A DNA stretch of 64,000 bases, taken from contig DAOVJY010000002.1 in assembly GCA_030632085.1 (NCBI GenBank), forward strand, positions 141,325 to 205,324. Direction: 5' to 3'. The notes beneath the pieces were generated by a model. That model was not told the DNA's origin. It did no database searches and was given only the letters and a program-made list of their open reading frames with translations. Both the position numbers and the translations under genes were made by a program. Of the stretch, positions 9,234 to 18,865 are shown one piece after another. The DNA is from Candidatus Omnitrophota bacterium. GTDB lineage: Bacteria; Omnitrophota; Gorgyraeia; JAGLLT01. Numbering within the stretch: the stretch's first letter is position 1; each line of letters opens with the position of its first letter.

Positions 9234-10277
9234 ATGGAAAATTATAATAAAATATTAATTGTAAGAACAGACAGAATTGGGGATGTGGTTTTATCGACTC
9301 CTGTCATAAGAGTTATAAGAGAGGCATATCCACAGAGTTGGCTGGCTTTTATGGCTAGGCCTTATGCCGCTGATATTCTTATTGATAATCCTTACCTAAA
9401 TGAGGTTATTATTTATGATAAATACCATAAACATAAAAATTGGTATGCTAGTTTTAAATTTGCCCAAGAGCTTAAGGATAAGCAATTTGATTTGGCTATT
9501 ATTCTGCATCCGACCAACAGAGTTCACATAATAACTTATCTGGCCGGTATTCCTCAAAGAATTGGTTATAAGAAGAACTTCAGCTTCCTTCTGAGGAAAA
9601 AGATAAAAGACGAAAAAGCCGCAGGTTTAAAGCATGAGAGCGAATACAATTTTGATATACTTAAACTTATAGGAATTAACAGCGAATCTAAGGAAACGCT
9701 TATAAATGTATCAAAAGAAGATATTGAATTTCTCAGTAATCTTCTTTTAAGAAAAGGTGTCAAAGAAAAAGATAAGTTCATTGTAATACATCCGGCCGCG
9801 AGCTGTTCCTCAAAAATATGGCTAAAGGAAAATTTTATCAGGACAGCCAAGCAATTATTAAATAGTTTTAAAATAAAAATAATACTTATTTGCGCGAAAG
9901 AACACATAAATATATGCCGGGAAATTTCTAAAGAACTTCCTTGTGAAAGGGTTTTTATTTTAGAAAACTTAAAACTTAAGGAACTTGCCGCGCTGTTCAA
10001 GAAAGCTTCGTTGCTAATTTCAAACGATTCAGGCCCTGTGCATATAGCTGTTGCCGTTGCCTGCCCCGTGGTTGCTATTTTTGGCAGAAATCAGCCCGGT
10101 TTGAGCCCCAGGCGTTGGGGGCCTCTTGATGATAAGAGTATTATTTTACATAGACCGGAAAATTGTCAGCCTTGCCTGGCTCATAATTGCCAAAATGATT
10201 ATAAATGCCTCAAAAACATAAAAGCAGAGGATGTTATTAGTGCCGCTGAAAAAATATTCAAAAATATTAGTCATTAA
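9234..10277 (+). CDS. GT9 heptosyltransferase paralog (ATG at 9234 preferred; the ORF is open from GTG 9201)
   Basis: MENYNKILIVRTDRIGDVVLSTPV…NDSGPVHIAVAVACPVVAIFG. Confidence 0.75.
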   Translation: MENYNKILIVRTDRIGDVVLSTPVIRVIREAYPQSWLAFMARPYAADILIDNPYLNEVIIYDKYHKHKNWYASFKFAQELKDKQFDLAIILHPTNRVHIITYLAGIPQRIGYKKNFSFLLRKKIKDEKAAGLKHESEYNFDILKLIGINSESKETLINVSKEDIEFLSNLLLRKGVKEKDKFIVIHPAASCSSKIWLKENFIRTAKQLLNSFKIKIILICAKEHINICREISKELPCERVFILENLKLKELAALFKKASLLISNDSGPVHIAVAVACPVVAIFGRNQPGLSPRRWGPLDDKSIILHRPENCQPCLAHNCQNDYKCLKNIKAEDVISAAEKIFKNISH

Positions 10278-11322
10278 TCCCTATGGAATAGGTGATGTTC
10301 TTTTTACAACACCTTTATTAAGTAATCTTAGAGAATTTTATCCTCAAAGTAAGATAGGCGTTGTTCTGGGTTCGCGGACAAGACAAATTTTAGAGTTTAA
10401 TGGGGATGTAGATAACATATATATGTTTGATAAGGGACTCTTTGATAAACTTGGTTTTTTTAAGGGTTGGAAATATTTAATGAAATTTTGCCGGGCCATA
10501 AGAGAAGAAAAATATGAACTGCTTATAGATTTATCTAATTCATCTCAGTATGGGTTTGTGGAAAAATTTTTCTTAAATGTGCCGCGGAGAATTGGATTTA
10601 ATTATAAGGGCAGAGGAAGATACTTAACTCAAACTATTAAGCTGAAAGGTTTTAGCGATAAACACGTTGTGGATTATTATCTTTCTTTGCTGGAGCTGCT
10701 TGGTTTGGCGCCGGTAAAAAAATCTCTCAAATTTCCTTTAAAGCAAGATGTCATTGATAAAGTTTCTAAATATTTATTAAGCAAAAGAATAGAGGAGAAA
10801 AATCTCCTGATAACCGTGGTTCCGGCCGGTGGATTAAGCTGGTCGGAGAAAGCCGCCTACAAACAATGGCCCCAGGAAAAATATGCCCAACTGGCAGACA
10901 AGCTTATATCCGAGCTAAAAGCTAAAGTTGTTATTGCCGGGTCGGAGTTGGATCAAGATATCTGCCGTAATGTAATAAATTTGATGAAATCAAAGGAAGT
11001 CGAAATTGTATGCAATTTTAATATCCTGGAATTCGCCGCCTTATGCGGCCGTTCCAACCTTGTAGTTTGTAATGACGGAGGGCCTCTGCATGTGGCTGTA
11101 AGTGAAAATACTCCTACGATATCATTTTTTGGGCCGGTGGATGAGAAGGTTTACGGCCCTTATCCTGCCGGAGATAATCATATAGTAATTACTAAGGAAA
11201 TTAAATGCCGCCCGTGTTATCAGAAGTTCAGATTTACAGAGTGCGGCACAAAGGATTGCCTGAATTTAATTACCGTTGATGAAGCTTTTAGCAGTATAAA
11301 GAAAATCCTTCACAGAAACTAA
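10231..11322 (+). CDS. GT9 heptosyltransferase paralog
   Basis: KILVINPYGIGDVLFTTPL…NDGGPLHVAVSENTPTISFFGPVDEKVYGPYP. Overlaps the upstream gene by 47 nt. Confidence 0.75.
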   Translation: MLLVPLKKYSKILVINPYGIGDVLFTTPLLSNLREFYPQSKIGVVLGSRTRQILEFNGDVDNIYMFDKGLFDKLGFFKGWKYLMKFCRAIREEKYELLIDLSNSSQYGFVEKFFLNVPRRIGFNYKGRGRYLTQTIKLKGFSDKHVVDYYLSLLELLGLAPVKKSLKFPLKQDVIDKVSKYLLSKRIEEKNLLITVVPAGGLSWSEKAAYKQWPQEKYAQLADKLISELKAKVVIAGSELDQDICRNVINLMKSKEVEIVCNFNILEFAALCGRSNLVVCNDGGPLHVAVSENTPTISFFGPVDEKVYGPYPAGDNHIVITKEIKCRPCYQKFRFTECGTKDCLNLITVDEAFSSIKKILHRN

Positions 11323-11379
11323 TTCGTATGTGTAATAACTTGACTATATTAATAAAAACTATATAGGCTTTATATACAA

Positions 11380-11408
11380 TTGACACCATTTTTAGCATGT
11401 GATAGAAT
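11380..11408 (+). promoter_or_regulatory. Sigma70-type promoter: TTGACA at 11380-11385, 17 nt spacer, TAGAAT at 11403-11408. It is positioned only 7 nt from the ATG at 11416, giving a leaderless or near-leaderless mRNA.
   Basis: Consensus hexamers read directly in the sequence. No Shine-Dalgarno lies between the -10 hexamer and the ATG. Confidence 0.45.
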
Positions 11409-11415
11409 AAAAAGC

Positions 11416-12411
11416 ATGAATAAATTACTTAAAATCCTACCTAAATTTAAAAAAATCAGGATTCTGGTTATTGGTGATTTAATCCTGGATGAATTTATAT
11501 GGGGCAGCGTGGAAAGAATTTCTCCGGAAGCTCCGGTTCCCGTAGTGCGCGTAAAATCTCAATCTTTTATGCCCGGCGGAGCCAGCAATGTTGCTAATAA
11601 TATAAGAGCTTTGGGCGCGGATGTTTTTATGGCCGGAGTTGCCGGTTCAGATCTTTATGGGGATATTCTAAGGCAGCAACTTCAAGATAGAGGTATAAAC
11701 ATAGATGGTTTTGTTATTGATGGCAGCCGCCAGACTACCATAAAAACAAGAGTAATCGCGCATAGTCAACAGGTGGTCAGGATAGATAAAGAAGACAATC
11801 ATCACGTAAGCGGTAATATTTTAAAAAAATTATCAAACTATATAGTTAATAAAATACCTGAAGTTGACGCTATTATAATTGAGGATTACGGTAAGGGAGT
11901 GGTAAGCCCTCAGTTATTAAATTCCGTTCTTAAAGAAGCTAAAAAAAAGAAAAAGATAATAACCATTGATCCTAAAGACCAGCATCTTTCGCATTATAAA
12001 AAAGCTACTTCTATTACACCTAATAAGTATGAATTAGAAAAAGCGGCAAATGTAAAGATTAAAGATTCCGATGGCCTTAAAAAGGCCGCTTATAAACTAT
12101 TAAAGAAACTGCAGCTTGATTCTATTTTGGTGACTTTAGGTGAAGACGGGATGTGTTTGTTTGAAAAAGGTGGAAAAACCACCAGGATACCTACAATGGC
12201 TCAAGAAGTTTATGATGTTTCCGGAGCGGGTGACACTGTAATTTCTACATTTACCTTAGCTCTAGCCGGTAAAGCTAATATGAGACAAGCCGCATTAATG
12301 TCGAATTGCGCCGCGGGAGTTGTGGTTGGTAAGGTTGGTGTTGCTATTTGTTCAACCGCTGAATTACGGGAAAAAATTATTACACAAACTAAAAAAGGGA
12401 CGAAAAAATGA
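11416..12411 (+). CDS. D-glycero-beta-D-manno-heptose-7-phosphate kinase (RfaE/HldE domain I only; PfkB carbohydrate kinase family)
   Basis: KIRILVIGDLILDEF…GGASNVANN…DVSGAGDTVISTFTLALAG. About 330 aa, so only the kinase domain is present. The ORF is open from TTG 11380, but the ATG at 11416 fits the family N-terminus. Confidence 0.8.
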   Translation: MNKLLKILPKFKKIRILVIGDLILDEFIWGSVERISPEAPVPVVRVKSQSFMPGGASNVANNIRALGADVFMAGVAGSDLYGDILRQQLQDRGINIDGFVIDGSRQTTIKTRVIAHSQQVVRIDKEDNHHVSGNILKKLSNYIVNKIPEVDAIIIEDYGKGVVSPQLLNSVLKEAKKKKKIITIDPKDQHLSHYKKATSITPNKYELEKAANVKIKDSDGLKKAAYKLLKKLQLDSILVTLGEDGMCLFEKGGKTTRIPTMAQEVYDVSGAGDTVISTFTLALAGKANMRQAALMSNCAAGVVVGKVGVAICSTAELREKIITQTKKGTKK

Positions 12412-13139
12412 CAGCTTGCGGTATAATACCCGCCAGATTTGATTCCCAGAGATTTAAAGGTAAGATCTTAGAGAAAATTAAGGGCAAATCTATGCTCTGG
12501 CATGTATATAATAGAGCTAAAGAAGCTCAATTTTTAGATAGTGTGATAATTGCTACCGATAGCAAAAAGATACAAAAAGAAGCTGAAAATTTTGGGGCGG
12601 AAGTTATGATGACCTCTGCCGAAGCGCTAAGCGGAACAGATAGAATCGCTGAGGCTGCCCAGTCTTTGAGCGATGAGGTTATTGTAAATATTCAAGGTGA
12701 TGAACCTTTAATTGACCCCAAGTTAATAGATAAATTAGTACAAACATTATATGACGATGAATCTTTAAAAATAGTTACAGCTGTTTATAAGTGCAAAAAA
12801 GCCATTGAGCTTGAAAGTCAGGATGTGGTCAAGGTAGTAAAAGATGAAGATGATTACGCGCTTTATTTCTCAAGGTCTTTAATTCCTTATCCTCGTTTCG
12901 CCGATGACGTTAACTTCTATAAACATCTGGGTATTTATGCTTATAGGCGTATGTTCCTTTTGACTTTTGCTACTTTGGCTCCTTCGGAATTAGAAAGAAT
13001 TGAAGGTTTGGAACAGCTGAGAATGCTTGAATACGGGTATAAAATAAAAGTTGTGGAAGCGGAGAGTGACTCTATTGGAGTGGATACTCCCGAAGAACTC
13101 GAGAAGGTAAAAAGAATAATGGAGAAACCTAGTGCCTAA
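12408..13139 (+). CDS. kdsB: 3-deoxy-manno-octulosonate cytidylyltransferase (CMP-Kdo synthetase)
   Basis: [19 protein letters not shown]…NIQGDEPLI; ATGA overlap with the upstream gene. Confidence 0.9.
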   Translation: MTACGIIPARFDSQRFKGKILEKIKGKSMLWHVYNRAKEAQFLDSVIIATDSKKIQKEAENFGAEVMMTSAEALSGTDRIAEAAQSLSDEVIVNIQGDEPLIDPKLIDKLVQTLYDDESLKIVTAVYKCKKAIELESQDVVKVVKDEDDYALYFSRSLIPYPRFADDVNFYKHLGIYAYRRMFLLTFATLAPSELERIEGLEQLRMLEYGYKIKVVEAESDSIGVDTPEELEKVKRIMEKPSA

Positions 13140-14742
13140 ATATATTTTTATTACGGGTGGAGTTGTTTCAAGTCTCGGTAAGGGGATTGCCTCAAGTGCC
13201 ATAGGCAAGCTTTTGGAGTTGGAAGGCTTAAAAGTTACCATTATGAAATTCGACCCTTATCTTAATGTTGATCCCGGCACCATGAATCCCTGGCAGCACG
13301 GTGAGGTATATGTTACCGAGGATGGAGCTGAAACTGACCTTGATTTAGGCCACTATGAGCGTTTTACTAAAGCACCTATTGGAGATAACAACAGTGTAAC
13401 CAGTGGAAAAATTTACAATAGTGTTATTGAAAAAGAAAGAAAAGGGGAATATCGAGGGGCTACTGTTCAGGTTATTCCGCATATTACCGATGAGATAAAA
13501 CGCCGCATAAGGGCGGTATCTCGCGGAAAAAGTTTTGATGTGGTTATATGTGAGATCGGAGGAACTGTTGGTGACATAGAAGGGCTTCCTTTTTTAGAAG
13601 CCATAAGACAGTTTCAGCAGGAGGTCGGTAAAAGTAATGTTATCTTTATCCATCTCACTCTCATTCCTTATTTAAAGTCAGCTCAAGAACTTAAGACAAA
13701 ACCCACGCAGCACAGCGTTAATAAATTAAGAGAAATTGGTATTCAACCTGATATAATCCTTTGCCGTTGCGAGAAAAAACTTCCCTTAGAAGCCAAAGAA
13801 AAAATATCACTTTTCTGTAACGTAGAAAAGGAAGCTGTAGTTGAGGCTCCCGATGTTAAATGTATTTATGAGGTTCCCTTAATCTACAAAGAAGGCGGTT
13901 TAGATAGAATTATCAGGCAAAAATTATCTCTAAAAGAAGGTAAGAATGACCTTAAAGAGTGGAAGCGAAAAGTAGTTAATATAGCTTTAAATCCCAAGAA
14001 AAAAGTTAAAATCGCCGTTGTTGGAAAGTATATTCAGCTGCAGGACGCGTATAGATCTATATATGAAGCTTTGAGGCACGCGGGTATTGCTAATGATTGC
14101 GAAATTGATATTAAGAAAGTTGATTCTCAGAAGTTAAATAAGTCTACGATTATGAAAATATTTACTGACGTTAAGGGCATTTTGGTGCCGGGCGGTTTTG
14201 GGATTAGAGGCATTGAAGGCAAGATAAGCGCGGTTAGTTATGCCAGGGAAAATAAAATACCTTTTTTAGGCATATGCCTTGGTATGCAATGCGCGGTAAT
14301 AGATTTCGCCCGCAATGTTTGTAAGTTGGAGAACGCTAATTCCACTGAATTTAATAAAAAAGCAAAATATCCCGTAATATCTTTATTGGAAGAACAGAAA
14401 AAGGTAAAGAATATAGGCGGGACTATGCGCTTGGGCGCTTATTCCTGTGAGTTGAAAAAAAATACCCTTAGTTATAAGGCTTATAATAAAAAAGTCATTT
14501 ACGAGAGGCACAGGCATCGCTATGAGTTCAATAATAAATACTTAAAACTGATGCAGTCAAAAGGCCTAAAAATAGCCGGTGTATATAAAACTAAAAATTT
14601 GATTGAAATTGTGGAACTTAAGAATCATCCATGGTTTGTAGCTTCTCAATTCCACCCGGAGTTTAAATCAAAACCGGACAAAGCCCACCCGCTATTCGTT
14701 AATTTTGTAAAAGCGGCTATAAAATTTAATGAGAAAAAATAG
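13132..14742 (+). CDS. pyrG: CTP synthase
   Basis: [23 protein letters not shown]…; glutamine amidotransferase domain GICLGMQ; 536 aa. GTG start overlaps the kdsB stop. Confidence 0.95.
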   Translation: MPKYIFITGGVVSSLGKGIASSAIGKLLELEGLKVTIMKFDPYLNVDPGTMNPWQHGEVYVTEDGAETDLDLGHYERFTKAPIGDNNSVTSGKIYNSVIEKERKGEYRGATVQVIPHITDEIKRRIRAVSRGKSFDVVICEIGGTVGDIEGLPFLEAIRQFQQEVGKSNVIFIHLTLIPYLKSAQELKTKPTQHSVNKLREIGIQPDIILCRCEKKLPLEAKEKISLFCNVEKEAVVEAPDVKCIYEVPLIYKEGGLDRIIRQKLSLKEGKNDLKEWKRKVVNIALNPKKKVKIAVVGKYIQLQDAYRSIYEALRHAGIANDCEIDIKKVDSQKLNKSTIMKIFTDVKGILVPGGFGIRGIEGKISAVSYARENKIPFLGICLGMQCAVIDFARNVCKLENANSTEFNKKAKYPVISLLEEQKKVKNIGGTMRLGAYSCELKKNTLSYKAYNKKVIYERHRHRYEFNNKYLKLMQSKGLKIAGVYKTKNLIEIVELKNHPWFVASQFHPEFKSKPDKAHPLFVNFVKAAIKFNEKK

Positions 14743-14747
14743 GCATT

Positions 14748-15569
14748 ATGAAAGAAATTAAAATATCCAACTTTAAGATAGGAGCTAAGAACCCTTTTTT
14801 TATTATCGCTGGGCCCTGTGTTATTGAAAATGAAAAAGATACTCTCGAAGCGGCCCAAAGGTTAAAAGAAATATCTGCCGCGAGCGGTGTTAATTTAATT
14901 TTTAAATCCAGTTACGATAAAGCTAATAGAAGTTCGTTGTCTTCATATCGCGGCCCCGGAATCAAAAAAGGCTTAGATATACTAAAAAAAGTAAAAAAGG
15001 AAACAGGCTTAGCCGTAATTAGCGATGTTCATAGTGTTGATGAAGTAAAGCAGGCTGCCGCTGTTTTGGATGTTATTCAGATTCCGGCTCTCTTATCAAG
15101 GCAGACGGATTTAATTGTAGCCGCGGCTAAAACAAAAAAAGCTGTAAACATAAAAAAGGGGCAGTTTCTATCTCCTTACGAAGTGGTTAATATAATTAAA
15201 AAAGTAACCAGTTGTAAGAATGATAATATCCTATTGACTGAAAGAGGTTTTATGTTTGGATATAATAATTTAGTCAGCGATATGCGCTCAATTGTAATAA
15301 TGAAGAAATATGGTTACCCGGTTGTTTTTGACGCGACCCACAGTGTCCAGCTACCCGGAGGCGCGGGCGGTAAATCTTCCGGTGAAAAAGAATTTATTCC
15401 TTATTTGGCTAAAGCGGCAGTTGCCGCCGGGGCAGATGGAGTTTTTCTCGAGGTGCATAGGCAGCCCGATAGGGCTAAGTGCGATGGTTCTAATATGTTA
15501 AAAATAAGTGAACTTAAAAAATTGATTATTCAATTAAAAGAAATATCCAATATTGTAGGAGACAGATAG
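14748..15569 (+). CDS. kdsA: 2-dehydro-3-deoxyphosphooctonate aldolase (Kdo-8-P synthase)
   Basis: FFIIAGPCVIENEKDTLEAAQRLKE…KSSYDKANRSS…DATHSVQLPGG. Confidence 0.9.
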   Translation: MKEIKISNFKIGAKNPFFIIAGPCVIENEKDTLEAAQRLKEISAASGVNLIFKSSYDKANRSSLSSYRGPGIKKGLDILKKVKKETGLAVISDVHSVDEVKQAAAVLDVIQIPALLSRQTDLIVAAAKTKKAVNIKKGQFLSPYEVVNIIKKVTSCKNDNILLTERGFMFGYNNLVSDMRSIVIMKKYGYPVVFDATHSVQLPGGAGGKSSGEKEFIPYLAKAAVAAGADGVFLEVHRQPDRAKCDGSNMLKISELKKLIIQLKEISNIVGDR

Positions 15570-15571
15570 GA

Positions 15572-16531
15572 ATGTCCGATAAGAGAGCTCAGGAAGTTTT
15601 AAAAATAGAAGCAAGAGCCATAAATGGCCTCATTCCCCGGATAGGTAAAGATTTTAAAGAAGCAATTGAGATTTTATCCGAGACAAAAGGTTTTATTATA
15701 GTTACCGGCATGGGAAAGCCCGGATTTATCGCTCAAAAAATTTCAGCTACTTTAGCTTCGCTGGGTATTTCCAGTATATTTTTGCATCCGGCAGAAGCTA
15801 TACACGGAGATTTGGGAAGAGTCGCCAATGAAGATGTTATTATTGCTTTATCTAATAGCGGCCAGACAGAAGAGATAATTAGATTATTAACCACAATAAA
15901 AAAAATAGGGGCAAAACTTATTACTCTTACCGGCAACCCCAAATCGGATTTAGCGAAAAACAGCGATGTAGTTTTAAATGTGAGCGTTAAGAAAGAGGCT
16001 TGCCCTTTAGGTTTAGCGCCAACGGCTTCTACAACGGCTATGCTGGCAATGGGGGACGCGCTGGCAATGGTTTTAGCTGATAAAAAAGGGCTTAAAGAAG
16101 AGGATTTTGCTCTTTATCACCCCGGTGGAGCCTTAGGAAAGAGATTGCTTTTGAGGGTTGAAGATATTATGAGGAAAGGGGCCGATAACCCCATAGTAAA
16201 AGAAGAAATTCTGATTAAAGATGTTCTTTTAAAGATAACCAAGGCTAAGGCGGGAAGCGCTACAGTAGTTAATAAAAAAGGTAAATTAAGCGGTATTTTT
16301 ACCGATGGTGACCTGAGAAGGCACTTAGAGACAGATACTGATTTAAGGGGTAAGAAAATCAAAAATGTTATGACTAAAAAACCGATGGCTATCAAAAAAG
16401 GTAAATTAGCTTATGAAGCCCTTAAAATATTAAAACAGAAAAAAATTGATGAAATTCCGGTTGTTGATAAAAATAATAAACCTGTAGGCCTGGTTGATGT
16501 TCAGGATTTACTTAAAGCTGGATTGTTTTAA
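15572..16531 (+). CDS. kdsD: Arabinose-5-phosphate isomerase (SIS domain + tandem CBS), KdsD/KpsF family
   Basis: SIS motif IIVTGMGKPGFIAQKISATLASLG. C-terminal CBS pair. Confidence 0.85.
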   Translation: MSDKRAQEVLKIEARAINGLIPRIGKDFKEAIEILSETKGFIIVTGMGKPGFIAQKISATLASLGISSIFLHPAEAIHGDLGRVANEDVIIALSNSGQTEEIIRLLTTIKKIGAKLITLTGNPKSDLAKNSDVVLNVSVKKEACPLGLAPTASTTAMLAMGDALAMVLADKKGLKEEDFALYHPGGALGKRLLLRVEDIMRKGADNPIVKEEILIKDVLLKITKAKAGSATVVNKKGKLSGIFTDGDLRRHLETDTDLRGKKIKNVMTKKPMAIKKGKLAYEALKILKQKKIDEIPVVDKNNKPVGLVDVQDLLKAGLF

Positions 16532-17064
16532 TGCAACTAGACAGTAAACTTAAAGATAAAATACAAAAAGTAAAAGTCCTTATTTTAGACGTTGATGGTG
16601 TTTTGACTGATGGCAAGATTATCTATTCTTCGTTTGGCCATGATATTAAAGAGTTTGATGTAAAGGATGGGTTTGGAATTACCCTCTTACATAGGGCCGG
16701 TATTCGTTCGGTTATCCTTTCCGCGCGTTCATCCAGAACAATCAGAAAAAGGGCTAAAGATATGCATGTTGATTCTATTTATGAAAACGCGCATGTAAAA
16801 CTAGACGCGTATAATAAAATACTTAAGAGGTATAAGTTAAGTTGTGAAGAGACGGCTTTTATTGGAGACGATTTGGTTGATTTACCGGTTTTAAGTAGAG
16901 TAGGTTTTTCAGCCTGTACCGCTTGTGCTGTTCGGCACTTGAAAGATAAAGTCGATTATGTGACTACTCATGAAGGGGGGTCCGGTGCTGTCAGGGAAAT
17001 TGCCGAGATGATACTAAATGTCCAGGAGTTATGGCAGAGTGTTACCGGCAGATATTTTAAATAG
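16531..17064 (+). CDS. kdsC: Kdo-8-phosphate phosphatase (HAD family)
   Basis: VKVLILDVDGVLTDGKIIY…FIGDDLVDLPV; 177 aa. ATGA overlap with kdsD. Confidence 0.85.
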   Translation: MQLDSKLKDKIQKVKVLILDVDGVLTDGKIIYSSFGHDIKEFDVKDGFGITLLHRAGIRSVILSARSSRTIRKRAKDMHVDSIYENAHVKLDAYNKILKRYKLSCEETAFIGDDLVDLPVLSRVGFSACTACAVRHLKDKVDYVTTHEGGSGAVREIAEMILNVQELWQSVTGRYFK

Positions 17065-17919
17065 ATGAAAAGGTTAAAATATATACTCTTATTTATATGT
17101 GTAATTTATCTGATTTCGGGTTGTGCTCCTAAGCCCGGTGAGCAGGAGCCCGATAACATGGATGATAGCGGATTTAAAGAAGGAGCGGGGCAAAAGTTAC
17201 TTGCCTTTTCCCTTTCCGGCACAGAAAAAGGCAGGAAAAAGTGGGATATTGAAGGTGAGTCGGCCGATCTTTTAAGTTCCGAATTAGTAGAGCTTTCTAA
17301 TATTACGGGTAAAACGTACAATAAAGAAAAAGTTATTACTATTACCGCCGATAGTGGAACTCTGGACAGGAAAAGCAATGATGTTAAACTAAGATCCAAT
17401 GTAGTTGCCGTGACTGATGATGGCGCGAGACTAACTACAGACAAGTTGAATTGGAATGCTCAGAAAGAAGAAGTTTGGACCAAAGACATTGTTAAGGTTG
17501 AGAGAGATAATATTAAAGTGAAAGGCGCGGGAATAGAAGGGCATCCGAATTTAGAGAAAGTTAAGTTTACACGGGATGTAACGATTGATATAGCTCCCAG
17601 TACTATAATTACCTGTGATGGTGCTTTGGAAATAGATTATAAGCAAAGCGTCGCTTATTTAAATGATAATGTAGAAGTTATTGATGAAAGAGGCCGGTTA
17701 AAGGCTGATAAAGCGCGTGTTTATTTTGACAAAGAAAGAAAAGAGATAAAAAAAGTTATAGCTGAAGGTAATGTAAGCATTAAAAGAGATGAAAATATCA
17801 CTTATAGCCGGAAGGCTATATACTATGCTGATGAAGCCAGGATTGTTTTAGAGGGAAGGCCTAAATTTGTGATTTATTCGAGCATTCAAGAGGAAAGCAA
17901 TGGACTTAATAAAGACTGA
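17065..17919 (+). CDS. Lipoprotein with an OstA-like fold (LptC/LptA family LPS transport periplasmic protein, possibly an LptC-LptA-like double module)
   Basis: Lipobox LISGC at the N-terminus. Two OstA-type beta-jellyroll repeats (…[24 protein letters not shown]… and …[27 protein letters not shown]…). Located immediately upstream of lptB. Confidence 0.6.
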   Translation: MKRLKYILLFICVIYLISGCAPKPGEQEPDNMDDSGFKEGAGQKLLAFSLSGTEKGRKKWDIEGESADLLSSELVELSNITGKTYNKEKVITITADSGTLDRKSNDVKLRSNVVAVTDDGARLTTDKLNWNAQKEEVWTKDIVKVERDNIKVKGAGIEGHPNLEKVKFTRDVTIDIAPSTIITCDGALEIDYKQSVAYLNDNVEVIDERGRLKADKARVYFDKERKEIKKVIAEGNVSIKRDENITYSRKAIYYADEARIVLEGRPKFVIYSSIQEESNGLNKD

Positions 17920-18622
17920 AAAATTAATCAAATCTTATGGCGGCCGCAAGGTTGTTAATCAGGTTAGTATTGAGATAAGAAGGGGTGAGATCGTTGGCCT
18001 TTTAGGCCCCAATGGCGCCGGAAAGACCACGACGTTTTATATGTTAGTTGGTTTAATTAACCCTGAAGGCGGAAGCGTTTATTTCGGTAATCGCGATATT
18101 ACCCGCCTGCCGATGTATAAAAGAGCCCGTTTTGGTATAAGTTATTTATCCCAGGAAACTTCGACTTTTAGAAAATTAACGGTCGCGGAAAATATTATGG
18201 CTATTTTAGAGACAATGCGCATACCTCAAGCCGAAAGAAAACGAAGATTAAAGGCTTTATTGGAGGATTTAAACATTTCGCATTTAGCTAAGAGCAAGGC
18301 TTACACTCTTTCGGGAGGTGAAAGAAGGCGTCTGGAAATAACCAGAGCTTTAGTTTCTAATCCGGCATTTATTCTTTTGGATGAGCCTTTTTCCGGGGTG
18401 GATCCCATAGCTGTTTTTGAAGTTCAGCAAATTATTACCCATCTTAGGGATCAGGGCCTGGGAATACTGCTTACGGATCATAGCGTTAGAGAAACCTTGG
18501 CTATAACCGACAGGTCTTATATTATGGCTGATGGGAAAATTTTGATTTCCGGCACAAGCGAGGAATTGATTAATGATCCTAAAGCAAGGCAAATATATTT
18601 AGGTGAAAAATTTACGATGTAA
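17900..18622 (+). CDS. lptB: LPS export ABC transporter ATP-binding protein
   Basis: Walker [14 protein letters not shown], signature [11 protein letters not shown], Walker [12 protein letters not shown]; 240 aa. Confidence 0.9.
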   Translation: MDLIKTEKLIKSYGGRKVVNQVSIEIRRGEIVGLLGPNGAGKTTTFYMLVGLINPEGGSVYFGNRDITRLPMYKRARFGISYLSQETSTFRKLTVAENIMAILETMRIPQAERKRRLKALLEDLNISHLAKSKAYTLSGGERRRLEITRALVSNPAFILLDEPFSGVDPIAVFEVQQIITHLRDQGLGILLTDHSVRETLAITDRSYIMADGKILISGTSEELINDPKARQIYLGEKFTM

Positions 18623-18625
18623 GTG

Positions 18626-18858
18626 ACCCGCCTCAGGCGGGGATCATAAAGGAAATTAACAGACTCCTCGCTTAAAGAAGCTAAAATTATTGAAAAGAAT
18701 TTTAGCTTAGGCTTTGGAGTTAACTCTCCCCGCCGTGGCGGGGATCATAAAGGAAATTAACAGACTCCTCGCTTAAACAAAGGTAAATTCTCTTCGACAA
18801 TTTACCTTTAAGCTTCGGAGTTAATTCTCCGCCTAAGGCGGATCATTAAAAAGGAGAG
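18626..18858 (+). repeat. Tandem ~100 bp repeat (2.3 copies) filling the lptB-hpf intergenic space. Each unit carries three hairpins, and the central 10-11 bp stem co-varies between copies.
   Basis: Identical 37-mer GGGATCATAAAGGAAATTAACAGACTCCTCGCTTAAA at 18640-18676 and 18741-18777. Hairpins CCGCC-N2/3-GGCGG occur three times. The central hairpin is AGCTAAAATT/AATTTTAGCT in copy A and AAGGTAAATT/AATTTACCTT in copy B. GGAGTTAA(C/T)TCTCC occurs twice. Confidence 0.7.
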
Positions 18859-18865
18859 TGTGTTT

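Noticed and set aside
15310-15501. Small + strand ORF inside kdsA in another frame
   Set aside because: Overlaps the conserved kdsA coding sequence out of frame. There is no independent support.
18623-18865. Sigma-54 promoter or rpoN remnant in the lptB-hpf spacer
   Set aside because: No TGGCAC-N5-TTGC motif and no ORF with similarity to RpoN could be found in any frame. The spacer is fully accounted for by the tandem repeat.
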